From Stegostoma tigrinum (Eukaryota): a stretch of DNA of 64,000 nucleotides. Of the stretch, positions 1-12,784 are shown piece after piece. Numbering within the stretch: position 1 is the stretch's first letter; every line of letters starts with the position of its first letter. The stretch covers positions 12,871,763-12,935,762 of the forward strand of contig NC_081360.1 of the NCBI RefSeq assembly GCF_030684315.1, read 5' to 3'. The position numbers were made by a program, and so were the translations under genes. The notes under the pieces were generated by a model. That model worked only from the letters and a program-made list of their open reading frames with translations. It did not search any database and had not been told where the DNA came from.

Positions 1-227
1 CTCACAACATTGCCCAGCCCCGGCCCGTTGACGGCATCAACACTAAGTCAGCTTGCAGTGGCCAGGTGTGGGGGAAGAGAAAGCATCAGCCTTGCTGGCA
101 GCCTCTTGCATACGCGGCGAACCCTCCGGGACCGACGGGCCGTCCAAGCCGACCCCAAAACCGACAACCCGGACGGGGCCCTTCAACAGGTTTGACTCGT
201 CAGCTTGAAGAGAGAAGCAGCTGAGAG

Positions 228-533
228 CAGAGATAATGGGAACTGCAGATGCTGGAGATTCCAAGATAATAAAATGTGAGGCTGGACGAACACAGCAGGC
301 CAAGCAGCATCTCAGGAGCACAAAAGCTGACGTTTCGGGCCTAGACCCTTCATCAGAGAGGGGGATGGGGGGAGGGAACTGGAATAAATAGGGAGAGAGG
401 GGGAGGCGGACCGAAGATGGAGAGTAAAGAAGATTGCAATGGGAGAGAGATTCCCTGAGGTTGGTCCGGAGGGAGGAGGGTAACTTCTTCAGGTTAGGCA
501 TCCCTGGAAGAGGCTTCGCAGTGAGGTTAAAAT
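228..533 (-). mobile_element. Internally deleted Penelope-type element with intact minimal hammerhead (327-358)
   Basis: Same terminal repeat as 62933/58689. The minus strand reads CTCTCTGATGAAGGGTCTAGGCCCGAAACGTCAG. Confidence 0.75.
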
Positions 534-2041
534 GCACCTGGACACAGGTCTCCGCGACAAAGAAAGTTCATGGATTTGGGGTAAGAAAACTCCCCCCCCC
601 ACCTTACCCGAACGTCCTGTACGATGAGGACACAAGTACAAAGATACAAAAATTAATAAATCCAATTGAGATTCCCCCCCACTTTCAAAAATAAACAAAA
701 CTAGCAAGTGTGCGGGTACAAGGTGAAACTTGTCATCACCATCGTGTGAAGGTAGGTAAAGTGAAGTACAGCAAACTTTGTTTTAACCGGCACCTTGTGA
801 GTCACCCCACCCAATAAACCTGCAAAAAAAACCCCTATAATTTACTGTATTAGCCTGTCCATTTTTTAAAAAATTTATTTAACTCAACGTAAATTTACTC
901 GCTCGATTGAACACCCACACAAAACATCAACGGTTGATTAATTTCGAATTAATTTCTCATCAAATGTCCAAATTGTCATTGAGGGCGGGAGTGAGAAACT
1001 GTTAGGTTTTCGTTCAGGCAAAGTTACATTATCACGTAAGTGATTTATGCTGTAAATAACGTGCAACAGCGATGTGTATATCCCCTGCATTACACTTCTA
1101 TTACTGCGTGTTTTTACATTGACTGTGTGGAGCTTTTGATCATCTGGAATATTGGATCAACCACTCTTGGCCCTGCAAGGTGCTGGTTAACAAAACTGTT
1201 TGCTATTTTCGAGTCAACCTGTTCAGAGACGTCATGGAGCAAGTGGGACTCGAACCCGGGCCTCCTGCCTCAGTGGTAGGGCCACTCAGGTAAGATGAGG
1301 CTCTTTGGTTAGAAGCTTAGCACAAGTTGTCTCTCCATTGTCTGATAGCCGTGTGTTCTCCTCTGGGAACCTGGCACACTAACTTAAAAGGGGAATCTCA
1401 ATGTTGGAGGGTGGGGAGATAGAAGGCGACGGGTGAGGGAAAAGATGTGAAAAGAGACAGAAGGCGAGGGGTGTTGGAGAAATAGATAGAAGGTGAGGGG
1501 GTTGGGAAATAGACAGAAGGAAGGTGAAAGGAGAGAACTGAAACCTAGCAGCTTAAACCCTAGTTTAGATGAGGTGGACCCAACAGTCCAGACACTGAAA
1601 ACATGAACAATGTGGCATAGTGGCTGTACCCCTACCCAGAACGTCTGGGTTCAAGTCTCATCCCCTCCAAATATGTGTCATAACAAGTCTGGCTAGCCGG
1701 ATCCAAAGCATCTAAAACTACAAAAATCATCCGAGGTGTTGTTTGTAACAAATCGCTCAGTGCTCCAATGTTTGGACTCAAGACACTGTAAAGAAAAACA
1801 CCAGGGCTCTTTATAAAAATACAGGCTGCAATTTTTTTGTGTGTGTTTCAGCTGCAAATTCCCTGAAGTACTTGATACAAATAGAAATAGTAAAAAAAAA
1901 CACCCAAAGCTTTAGACAGGCGGACAATGGAAGGGAGGGCAAGTTCAAAAATGGGCCTTGGAGGTGTTGGTGGTAGAAAGTCAGAGGCAGACAGGAGGCT
2001 GTCCCAGCCCCACAAATGGAGGATGATGTAGGGCAAGGGGC

Positions 2042-5000
2042 TCACTTTCTCTTGCGGGTGGCCTGGCGAGAACTTTGCCGGGGGACAACCATCACCTCGG
2101 CCTCCCTCCGCAGCGCCTTCCTGCCCGAGGCAGCTTCCCTGGAAGCAGGCCTGAGGCGGGGCCTGTGGCTGGGTGGGGGGCTGGCGGTGGACCGACCTGT
2201 GTCAGAGCAGGACAAGGTGCCCCTGAGGCTGGGCCGGGGCCCCGGAGGAGCTCCAGCGGCACCATCCTCCTTGATCTCATCCCCATCACCGTCCTCCAAT
2301 TCCTCCTCCTCCTCCTCCCCGCAGCCCATCACCCGTCCTTCTCCGGAGCCTGGCCTCGGGCCCTGCTTGTCCGGAGGCTTCCGGCTCCTGGGACCCACGT
2401 ACACCTGGAGCTTGCCGAAAGGCGACTCAGGCGTTTCCTTCCTCAGCGGTGACAAGAGGCCGCTCTTGGACTCTGACAGGAGGTGGTGGTGGTGGCGGCG
2501 GCGAGGGCGGCACTGGTGCTGAGGAGGAGCGGGCCGAGGCCTCAGCCCCCCGTCCGAGCCAAACAGTGAACGGGACTGGGATGGCTGGCGGGGGTTGGAG
2601 GCTGCGCCGGTGCTTTTGGACGGGCACTCACTGCCAGGGCCCTCGCCAGGAGGCCGCTCCTTGAGTGAAGAGGACGAGGGGGCAGTGGCAGCGGCAGTAG
2701 GCCACAGGCCTGAGGCCTGGTTGTTACCCGGATGGGGGAGCGCCGCGGTGGGGCCCGCTCCTCCTCCTGCAGCCTTGATCCGCAACTTGTTGGCAAGGTG
2801 TCCTGTATTGATGTCCGGGCTCAGGCTCCTGAAGAGCTGCCGCACATGGCGGGCTCCGGGCGGCGTTCTGACGATCCTGTTGGTGGTTGGATCATAGTAC
2901 CTGACCGGTGACTTCTTGTACTTGTACTTGGCTGGGCTGGCGCCATCATCGGACGCCTTCGAGGTTCTCTTGGCCTCGTGGCAGGCAGCCTGCGTGGCCG
3001 ATGCAAAGTCTGGTGACGACAGCACGTAGATGATGGTCCGTGGCTGCACTGGGCTCATGATCTTACGGTAGGCCCTGGGCAGCCGCACTGAGCACAGCCT
3101 GGCCTTGGCACCAGGCCTGTCCTCGGCCTCAGCCTCGGCACCGACCCACACGTTCTCGGGCTCCTGCTCCGCCCGCCTTGACTTCTTCTTGACCACCGGG
3201 TAGCTGGCCTCGCTGGTCTGGGTGCCATGGCTCACCTTCACCACCTGGCAGCGGGATGCCAGCCGGCAATGCCTCAGGCCCGGCTTCTTGCCCACCTCTG
3301 GCCTACAGGCTTCCGGCTCGGGCGCCGCCTTGTCATTGACTTCCTGCAAGTGGGGCAAAGCCCCAGTGGTTTCGGCCGATGCCTTAGAAGGGGCCTGCGG
3401 AGCGTCTTTGGAGCAGGACTGGTGCTTTCTGCGTTGCTTCTTGCCGCAGTTGGCCAACGACTCGCTGTCAAAGTAACACAAGTACCGCCCCTCCTTGAAC
3501 TCCTTGACCAGCGCCTCCACCTTCAGGTCATCCTCTGCCATGATTTCCGACCAGGTCTTCCCGGCGAAAGACGCGGGCACGCAGGGCAGCGACCGAAGCT
3601 TCCAATCGCCTTCAGCAGCTTGCTGCCCGTCTTCCGCCTTCATGCGGCTCTCTGAGCGGGCGGGGCCCTCCTCTTCCATTTTGTCACACTCCTCCGGCCG
3701 GAAGCGCAGGACGGAGCTCAGCTGGGTTTTGTAGCCTCGGTCGTCGAGGGTTATCTGGGTGTCCGTCAGCAGCTCCAAGTCCTTGCTGGCCACCCGCGAG
3801 CAGTCTTTCTCCACCTTGACAGAAGTGTCCCACTCGGAGCTGCTGGTCGACTTCAGGTGCCCCAGTTGACTGCCGAGGGAACAGATGCTGCCGCCGGAGC
3901 TGCCGTCCTCGCCCACAGCTTGATGCTGGCCCGTGGCCTTTCTTTCACTGGAAAGGCTTAAAGAGAGCATCTTCTTGAAGCAAGATGCCGTATCGCGCAT
4001 CGCCTGCCTGCTGCAGACCAGGTCGCCGCGGTTCAAAGGTGCACTTGGATTGTGCTCTCCTGCAGGGGGCCATTTCCTGCCTGGAACACTGCCCTGCAGG
4101 CCTGCCTCCACTGCCTTCCTTTTCTTCTCAAGCTGACAAAAGGTAGGTGCCCCCTTGACCTCCGCTGCTGAATTCTCACTGTCGCTGTCCTGCGATGGTG
4201 GTGCCCGCCTACTGCAGTACTTCTGGATGACTGTCTCAATGGTCTCTGACACCAGGTCCTCGATGCGGTCCACCATCTTCACCTCCCTGAGGTCGCCGAG
4301 GCAGTTGGCGGTGTTCCTGTTCTGTGGCCTGCACTCCTCAGCTTGGCTTCGCCCAGCAGTGCACCGTGGGCCACCAGGCCCGGCGCAGTCCCTGAGTTGA
4401 GGAAGAGGAGAGCCCGCCATGGTGCCCTGAGAGGTAACGTGATGCAGCCTGGAAAAGCGAGAATCTGGCCTTGCGGAGACGTTGGGAAAGTTTGTTTGAG
4501 GGGGATTCCAGTTTTCGTGCGGCTCGCACTTGGGTTGGCTGACAGCCGGCGAGTTGGTTTTATCCTGGTCTTTTATTCCTTTCCTTGGCATCGGTCTGTA
4601 CAGGCCCAAATCGATCCGATGTCCGTGCCGATCCACTTTGCCGCACGAGAGGACGCCCTCAGTCACTCCCAGAAAAGCAGTCCTTCCCAAGCCTTTAGAT
4701 GTCACAGAGCTGATGTCAATCAAGTGTTCCCCACACGCCGTCTCTTTAGCCGCGGTGTCTCTGTGACCCAGCGGAGCACCGACAGACATGGGAGATGATA
4801 CACTGGCTTTAACCCGATTGCAACTTGCCACGTTCTTCACCACCATCAAGTGCGCCGATCGGATGGATTCGTTATCTGTGCTAGGCAACTCCTCCCTGGT
4901 CCCAACAGTCTCCTTGTCATCTTGGTAGGAGTGTATGTCTGCCAGCTCCTTCTTGGGGAGAAGTGGGGCACTAATGGATGGCAGATCCATGTACGTCGAC
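2042..5000 (-). CDS. ZDBF2: ZDBF2 (DBF4-type zinc finger protein 2) large terminal coding exon
   Basis: Part of the 989-aa ORF. Acceptor ttgtgctcctcAG|G at 5000 is phase 2, matching the upstream exon. Contains LPCVPASFAGKTWSEIMAEDDLKVEALVKEFKEGRYLCYFD (3467-3589), resembling the conserved C-terminal ZDBF2 block. Stop TGA at 2042-2044. Synteny with EEF1B2/NDUFS1. Confidence 0.9.
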
Positions 5001-5322
5001 CTGAGGAGCACAAGTCAATAAGTTAACAACGGTTTTGTTTTGCGAGGGCTTGAATCTTGCTGAAACCGGAGACGTGTTGCCATAGCGCTTCAACCTGCGC
5101 CCATTAGAACAAATGCAGAAGTGTCCCATTTCAAACAAACAATCACAACAAGCTACACAACGGGAGAAAAGGCTGACTGGTTGACAAGTCAACTCTGGTT
5201 GGCTAAAGACGCTACAGTAGAGAAAGACCTGAGGATCCACAGGCTGCTTGGTAATTCAAAATAAAAAGACACAAGGCTTGAAGACCTTCCCTTTCTTTGT
5301 CGTAAATTAGATTAGATTAGTT

Positions 5323-5630
5323 TAGATTCCCTTCAGTGTGAAAACAGGCCCTTCAGCCCAACAAGTCCACACCTTGCCTTGAAGCGTCCCACCCAGAACC
5401 ATCCCCCTATAATCCACACACCCCTGAACACTATTGGCAATTTAGCATGGCCAATCCACCTAGCCTGCACACCTTTGGACTGTGGGAGGAAACTGGAGCA
5501 CCCAGAGGAAACCCGTGCAGACACGGAGAATGTGCAAACTCCACACAGGCATTCGCCCAAGGCTGGAATCGAACCAGGGTCCCTGGCACTGTGAGGCTGC
5601 AGTGCTAACCACTGAGCCACCATGCCGCCC
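5323..5630 (-). mobile_element. HE1/V-SINE (tRNA-derived, CR1-type tail)
   Basis: tRNA-like head ggcggcatggtggctcagtggttagcactg, V-domain gtgtggagtttgcacattctcc...ggtggattggccatgctaaattgcc. Confidence 0.85.
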
Positions 5631-5744
5631 TAAATTGTAGCGATATTTGAAGTTTGGCATTACTGCATCTGGCTTGGTTGGAAAAATGTTTCACTTTGCA
5701 AAATGTATGGCACTTTTCGACAACAGTGGAGCTGTGTTAGTGGA

Positions 5745-6391
5745 CGCAGGGTGGCGAAAGGGGTGTTTGGTGCGCTTGCCTTTGTTTTCAGTGCATTGAG
5801 TATAGGTTTTGGGAGGTCATGTTACGGCTGTACAGGACATCAGTGAGTCCACTTTGGGAATACTGCATTCAATTCTGGTCTCCTGCTATAGGAAAGATGT
5901 TATTGTACTTGAAAAGGTTCAGAAAAGATTTACAAGGATGTTGCCAGGGTTGGAGGGTTTGAGCTGTTGGAGACGCTGAATAAGGCTGGGGCTAATTTCC
6001 CTGGAGCGTCGGAGGCTGAAGGGTGACATTACAGAAGTTTGTAAAATCATGAGGGGCATGGATAGGGTGAATATTCAAGGTCTCAGCCCTGTGATGGGGG
6101 AGTTCAGAACTTAAGGGGTTTAAGATGAGGAGGGAGAAAGAATATAAAAAGGTGCTTGGGGCAACTCTTTCCATGCAGAGGGTGGTGTGTGAATGAAATG
6201 ATCTGCTGGAGGAAGTGGTGGAGGCTGGTACAATTACAAAACATTTAGAAGGCGTCTGGATGGGTACATGAATAGGAAGGGTTTAGAGGGATATGGGCCA
6301 AATGCGACTAGAGTAAATTTAAGATATCTGGTTGGCAAGGACAAATTAGACTGAAGGGTTTGCTTCCATGCTGTGCAACTCCATGACTCTA
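5745..6391 (+). mobile_element. Degenerate CR1 LINE 3' fragment
   Basis: Decayed RPHLEYC/ERVQRRFTRM-coding sequence and CR1 3' tail. Confidence 0.8.
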
Positions 6392-7024
6392 CGTGGCAAG
6401 GAAAGCAACACTCCAGATGAAATAAGGATCGAGCTTCTTGGTTAATGTCAATGCCAGTAGCTTAAATAAAAAGGTTGGTAATGGCAAATTGGCAAAACAT
6501 GACTGCTTGAAGTAGATTGTATTGAGCATTCTACTTTAGGCAGGGAGGGTCATCATACATCTGAACAATTCTCCCCTACCACTCCTCGGGCAAACATCAA
6601 AATGCTTAAAAAGGACATGCATTTTATATAGTACCTTTCATGGCTTCAGCACCTAAACCACTTTGCAGCCAATAAAGTATTTCATTTGCTGTTTTGATTT
6701 TGTTGGAGCCTAGATGATTCTTTTATACTTTAAGCAGTTCTGCCCATCACCAGAAGTTCTGCCATCTTAGGCCTATTGATAAGTGGTGGGAAAGAGCTTC
6801 ATGAGGTACCCTCTCTGTTTTGAACTATTAGAACATTCTTAGTGCTCGCAAATAGGAATTCGCAGAGGCATTGGGAAATATACCAATCTACCTTAAATCA
6901 GGTCACAGTTCTATCACTTTTATGCTGTGAATACAAGGCCGCACGCATTGACAGCAACGAGGTGCACAGACCAGCTCTCGGGACCGTTAGGCGCTAAGTG
7001 GTGGAGAGTTACAGTGTTCATACT

Positions 7025-7605
7025 GACAGGGTATTGAGTACAAGAGTTGGCAGGTCATGTTACAGTTGTATAGGACTTCGGTTCGACCACATTTGGAATA
7101 CGGTGTACAGTTCTGGTCGCCACATTACCAAAAGGATGCGGATGCTTTGGAGAGGGTGCAGAGGAGGTTCACCAGGATGTTGCCTGGTATGGAGGGCGCT
7201 AGGATTATTTACACTAGAAAGACAGCGGACCTGATTGAGGTCTACATCATGAGAGGTATAGATAGGGTAGATAGCAAGAAGGTTTTCCCCCCCGCCAGAG
7301 TGGGGGACTCAATTGCTAGGGGTTATGATTTCAAGGTGAGAGGGAGAGGGGAAAAGTTTAAGGGACATATGCGTGGAAAGTTCTTCACACAGAGGGTGGT
7401 GGGTGCCTAGAACGTGTTGCCAGTGGAGGTGGTAGAGGCGGGCACAATAGTGACATTTAAGATGTATCTAGATAGATACATGAATGGGCAGGGAGCAGAG
7501 GGGATACAGATCCTTAGAAAATAGATGACAGGTTTAGATCGACGATCTGGATCGGCGCAGGCTTGGAGGGCCCAAGGGCCTATTCCTGTGCTGTAATTTT
7601 CTTTA
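7025..7605 (+). mobile_element. CR1 LINE 3' fragment
   Basis: ORF MLQLYRTSVRPHLEYGVQFWSPHYQKDADALERVQRRFTRM. Confidence 0.85.
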
Positions 7606-7636
7606 TTTTTTGTGTCTAAGAGTGACCTTGGTTTAC

Positions 7637-7764
7637 CTGTTGTCCTTATATCGGGAAGGGTGGTACTGGATGACATCCTGCAGGAAGCGTTCCATGAGGC
7701 TTTTAGCTGGTCCTTGGCTCCTGGACTCACCAGCAAATTGCCGGTGCCGAGTGGTCTGGAGGTG
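7637..7764 (-). CDS. ZDBF2: ZDBF2 coding exon, second half of the DBF4-type zinc finger (HLQTTRHR...SLMERFLQDVIQYHP)
   Basis: 128-nt exon, ctgctcAG|CAC ... AACAG|GTAAAC. Carries the His ligands HxxxxxH and the SLMERFLQDV motif typical of ZDBF2. Confidence 0.92.
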
Positions 7765-8109
7765 CTGAGCAGAAACAAAAGCACGAAACGTAGTAGTTAT
7801 TGCTACTTGGCCAATATTACAGTCTATTTCGCTGCAGCTACCTTCACCCACCTCACTCCCTCTTTGAAAGACTTGGCCTTGCTTAGGATGTACACGCAAG
7901 CATATGAGAAATTCACCCCTTTCAGTGGCTGCACTAACCAGCAACAGTTGCGCTCCAGCCTCGCTCTCAGAAACTATTCCTATCCCCCTGCATGGACTCC
8001 CTTACAAACTGTATTCAGCACGAGAGAACCTGCCACATGCTGCCACAGCCCATCTTAGCCATCTACTACAAACTCTCGCCAAGTGCTTCAGCAGGGGTCA
8101 GCATGGGTA

Positions 8110-8435
8110 GGCAGCACGGCGGCTCAGTGGTTAGTGCTGCTGCCTCACAGCGCCGAGGATCCAGGTTCGATCCCACCCTTAGGCGACTGTCTGTGTAGAG
8201 TTTGTACATTCTCCCCGCGGCTGCGGATTTTCTGCCAGGTGCTCCGGTTTCCTCCCGAAGTCCAAAGATGTGCAGGTTAGGTGGATTGGCCATGCTATAA
8301 TGTCCAGGCTGGGTGGAGTGGCCATGGGAAATGCAGGGTTAGACAGATGGGGTAGGGGGGTAGGTGTGGATGGGGTGCTGAGGGTCGGTGTGGGCTCAAA
8401 GGGCCAAATGGCCTGCTTCCACACTGCAGGGATTC
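8110..8435 (+). mobile_element. HE1/V-SINE
   Basis: Same head, V-domain and tail as the 5323-5630 copy. Confidence 0.85.
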
Positions 8436-9469
8436 CGAGACAGGTTGGGAAGAAGCCTGGGATCTTCCTGGGCCATATGGCAGCTGCAAGCTGCTATAAC
8501 CAACTTGGGTGAGTGGGAGAGGTTGTACATACCTAGTTTCAAAAAGGGGTGTCTGGACTCTTTCTCCAACAGGAGCATGCATGCTCCTACAACCGAGCAA
8601 CATCTTCGTGGGATTGTCACAAGATTAAACACCAGACAGAACACACATTTCACTTTCGCAGAGGCAATGATGACCCCAATAACAATGGAAATGAAGCCTC
8701 AATAATTTTCATTTAATAATTCTGGGGGAAATTGGGACAGCAAACCACATGAATTAATTTGCTGGAGAGAAATGGGCAGCACTTTTAGCACCATAGATGG
8801 AAACACGTAAGACATTTTGAAGGCTCAATCCAATTTGGCAATACAGATTTCAGTGTAGCTACTGTCTGAAAAGTCAACAATATTAGGATGCAGAGCAGGT
8901 GGGACATGAACCTGGGCCTCCTGGCTCAGAGGCAGGGACACTACCTACCACTGCATCGCAAAAGCCCCCAAAATTGATTTCAGTGTAGGCAAATAGAGAC
9001 GATTTGGGCTTTAAGGATAAAACACAGTACTTCCGAAACAGCAAATGCTGGAAGCAGCAGAGGGCTGGAGAGACTTGGGGATCTGGGAAATCCATGAAAA
9101 TGTCACAAATTGGCATGGAAAGTAATCAAAATTCCAAATGGAACGCTTGCCTTTGAGACTCAAGGTAAAGAATATGAGAAGTCAGTCATTCTTTAGCTAA
9201 ACATCCCCAAGAAACTAAACCTAGATCCGGACACTTCAGGAAAGATATAAATTGGTTGAAGAGGAATGGTGTTTATTCCCCCAAAGGATTAAGTTACAAG
9301 TATTGCTCAAAATAGGACTGGAATTTAAAAAGTTAAAGGGGCTGTTTGCAGCTTTCAAAATACTAAAGGAAACTGACAGGGAAACGAAGGGAAAACCACT
9401 TCTGATTGGACAGCCTGAGACTAGGCAGCAGTATCAAAGCTTTAAAGCCTAACTTTTCAGACAACTTTT

Positions 9470-10510
9470 TTTAATTCTCTCGTGGCCTTTGTTGGCCAGC
9501 ATTTATTGCCCAGCCGTAGCTGCCCTTGAGAAGGTGGTAGTGAGCTGTCTTCTTCAACTGCTGGAGTCCACGTGCTGTAGGTCGACCCACAAAGGGTTGG
9601 GGTTTGGAGTTTCAGGATTTTGACCCAACGACACTGAAGGAACAACAAAATATGTCCAAGTCAGGATGGCAAATGTACCTTGGAGGGTAACTTGCAGACG
9701 GTGGTTTTCCCAGGTATCTGCTGCCCTTGTCCCTCACGATGGAAGTGACCACAGGTTTGGAAGGGGTTAAGGAATGTTTGGTGAATTTCTGCAGTGCATC
9801 TTGTAGGTAGTACGCAGTGTTGCTGCTAAGCGTCAGTGGTGGAGGGAGTGGATGCTTGTGTACGTGGTGCCAATCAAGCGGGCTGTTTTGTACTGGATAG
9901 TATCAAAGCTTCCTGTGTTGTTGGAATTGCACCCATCCAGGCAAGCAGGAAGTATTCCATCACTATCTTGGCTTTGCCTTGTAAAGTGGTGGACAGGCTT
10001 TGGGAAATCAGGAAGTGAGTTACCTGCCACAGTGTTCCTAACCTCTTATCTGCTCTTATCTAAGTGTATTTATCCAGCAAGTCCAGCTGAGTTTCTGGTC
10101 AATGATAACCTCCCCTCCCTACTCAACCAGGAAGTTGATAGTGGGGGATTCAGTGATGGTAACACTGGGTGTCAAGGGGGAGTGGTTAGATTGTCTCTTA
10201 TTGGATATGGTTATTGAATGGCATTTATGTGGCATGAATGTTATTTGAAAACTGTCAGACCAAGTCTGGTTATTGTCTAGTTCTTGTTGCCTTTGAACAT
10301 GGACTGCCTCAGTCACCGAGGAGTTGGGAATAGTGCTGAACATTGTACCATACTATCAACGAACATCCCGGTGGGAAGATCATTGGTGGCGGGACTGAAG
10401 ATGGTTGAGCCTAAGGCACTACCGTGAGGAACTCCTACAGAAACACCCTGGAGCTGATATTATTGAACTATGTGCCAGGCCTCACTCTAACCAGTGCAGA
10501 GATTCTCCCC
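9470..10510 (-). mobile_element. CR1/L2-group LINE fragment (second family; related pieces near 24060-24385, 26150-26630, 46450-46800)
   Basis: RT remnant QQELDNNQTWSDSFQITFMPHKC, recurrent 3' end tgcccttgagaaggtggt. Confidence 0.7.
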
Positions 10511-11031
10511 TGTTTTCCATTAGAATAGGAACTCCACTTTTAAAAGGCGATTGATGTGAGGTCACTGACAGTCACTGTTTCTGTTCTGTGATCTGGTTCA
10601 GGATCCACAGAAACTGGTGGACCCATGAATTATTTCCAATGTTTGGTTTCAGATTTCCAGCTTCGGTATCATTTTGCCTTCACGTTACTGCTCTATTGAT
10701 ATTGGTCAAGGGAAAATACATGGGCCGGGGAAAGCAGAGAGAACTGCCCTGCTTTGCTTTAGGTACAGCTGCATAATCCTTTTTAAATCACCATGGGGAA
10801 ATGAATAGGTCTTCGAGCTCAACAGCACTGCTGACAGTGCAACCTTCCATCAGCACTGCGCTGGGTTGTCAGCCAAGGTTAAATGCTGAATTCTCAAATC
10901 CCTGACCTTCCCATTCAGAAGCAGATGCGCCAGTAACAAGCCAAGATGTTGACCACGGGGGCCTGCATTGTCAAGTTATCCTGGACTCAGCTTATTTTTT
11001 GACAATTGTGAAGCACTCACACTATCCTTAC

Positions 11032-11137
11032 CTGTTCCAGACAGGTATATAACTCTTTACAGCAGCCACAATAGCCTCGTCTGCTCTGTTTCGAGAACGT
11101 CTCTGGTATTGGCTGTTCCTGGTGTGGTCCGTCACCA
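11032..11137 (-). CDS. ZDBF2: ZDBF2 coding exon, first half of the zinc finger (…KQSRRGYCGCCKELYTCLEQ)
   Basis: 106-nt exon, ctttgcAG|T ... GAACAG|GTAAGG. Carries the GYCxCCxxxYxxLEQ zf-DBF motif and joins the 7764 exon in phase 0. Confidence 0.9.
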
Positions 11138-11554
11138 CTGCAAAGGCCAAAAGCAGCACACTAATGCTATTAGATACACATCACAAGCAAGCTGGCCTGG
11201 GCTAAACCAAGTATTGTTTTAACAGAAACACCAAACAGTAGATACTGTGTATAAGGATGAGGAAATTGCTGTCTCACTTTCATCAAGTGGGTCATGTCCC
11301 CAGTAAGGAAATGATGCGGTGTATTGGTTGTGCGACACTTGCACTGGTAATCCAGAGAATGGAGCCCAAACCCCATCATGATAAATTGAGAAATTCAACT
11401 GTGTAAGATTTCCTGGGAAAATGAAAATCTGATATTAAAATAGAAATGATCTTCAAGGCTTTCCTAAGGAGAGCCAATAGATGTCCTTTAAGGAAGGAAA
11501 GCTTCCATCTTTAACTGGTTGATATTGTAACTAAAGCCTCAGAATAATGTAACA

Positions 11555-11790
11555 GCAAAAATACTGCAGATGTTGGAAATCCGAAATGAAAACAGATATT
11601 GCTGGCGAAACTCAGCAGGCCTGTCTGTATTTCCTGAGAGAGAAAAATGGTTGATGTTTTGAAACCAAAGACTCTTCGGCGAGTCTGAATTGCAAAGAAA
11701 AGGCTTTGGGCTCAAAACATCAACTCTTTTTCTCTCTCCAGAGACGCTGACAGACCTGTCGAGTTTCTCCAGTGATTTCTGTTTTTAATC
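11555..11790. repeat. Older hairpin repeat (MER6-like/Penelope-derived); related fragments near 40890-40970, 43010-43180, 45795-45970, 53190-53300
   Basis: Inverted arms aaatactgcagatg-tggaaat...aaactcagcagg / cctg-cgagtttctccag...ttctgttttt. Confidence 0.6.
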
Positions 11791-12758
11791 CCACAATAAT
11801 GTGTTAGCCCCACACCACAAAATGGCTTAGCAAGCCATGCAGTTCTCTCATCTCCTCAGCCTAACTAAGATGGTGAACAAATCCCAGCCTTGCCGGTGAT
11901 AACGAGAAGGAATAAATCGGAAGATGAGAAAAAGAAAGTTTCAGACTATCCAAAATGATGGAATGGGCAATTTCCTCCCTTTTATTTATAAAACGTTGGA
12001 ATTGCTTACATTGCTTAACCTCTGTCTCTATTGCCTAGTGACTGCAGTCTTTGCCTTCCTCTCTAAAGGCACCAGATGTGCTGGGCACTGGTTCTGCTTG
12101 GCATCAGGTATTCTCTTAATTCCTCAATTCTCACATTGAACGTCAACATTACTCTGATGTATCGCATTCAACCCCCTTTCTGGCCCCCTCTCACATTCTA
12201 GCTACGGAGGGAGCAGGCTTCCACAATCAGGAACCGGTATGCGGGAGGTGACCCAAGATCAACTATGTCATCGAGGACGGGTATTTGGAATTCCAGATAT
12301 TCCTGGAGTTATTTGTGCTGTAGTTGTTCTGATGCTGTTATTGGGTGTGCAATGTGTTAGCATCATTCCATGCTGTGTTCCCTTTGAAGGGGACAATATG
12401 CACAGTATAGCACATAGAAAAAGGGAAATCATTGCTCCCGCTGCTAAACAGTCTGTTCTCAAATGTGCAACATAAGGCAAGAAATTATCAGATCATGGCA
12501 GCAATGTTCCAATAGGATGGCTTTCACATGCCTTGTTTCATCAGTGGACAATGAATGGCCTAGCCCCGTTCACAAGGTTGTGGCCTTAATTTTAAAAGGC
12601 AGACAGGATGGAGTCTGCTAAAACATAATTTTGCATGCTTGACTACAGATTCAAACGTAAGAACGTGTCATCAGATACATACAAGGGGAAAATCAGCCCA
12701 AAGTTATCCACTATTGACTACTTAGCCATGCAGCATGTGCGTGTGCATGCGTGCATGT

Positions 12759-12784
12759 GGGGGGGGGGGGGGGGGGGGGGGGGG
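12759..12784 (+). repeat. Poly-G tract (about 26 G)
   Basis: Homopolymer run in a ZDBF2 intron. Confidence 0.9.

Noticed and set aside
1233-1285. tRNA-like B-box sequences (also near 1610, 8890, 27860, 50900)
   Set aside because: No complete cloverleaf; these are tRNA-derived SINE heads.
2016-4798. Many plus-strand and alternate-frame ORFs overlapping the 989-aa ORF
   Set aside because: Shadow ORFs of a GC-rich coding exon, with no recognisable domain or splice support.
4971-5240. Possible upstream acceptor near 5094 extending the ZDBF2 last exon
   Set aside because: In the required phase it reaches a stop at 4971; the acceptor at 5000 keeps the long frame.
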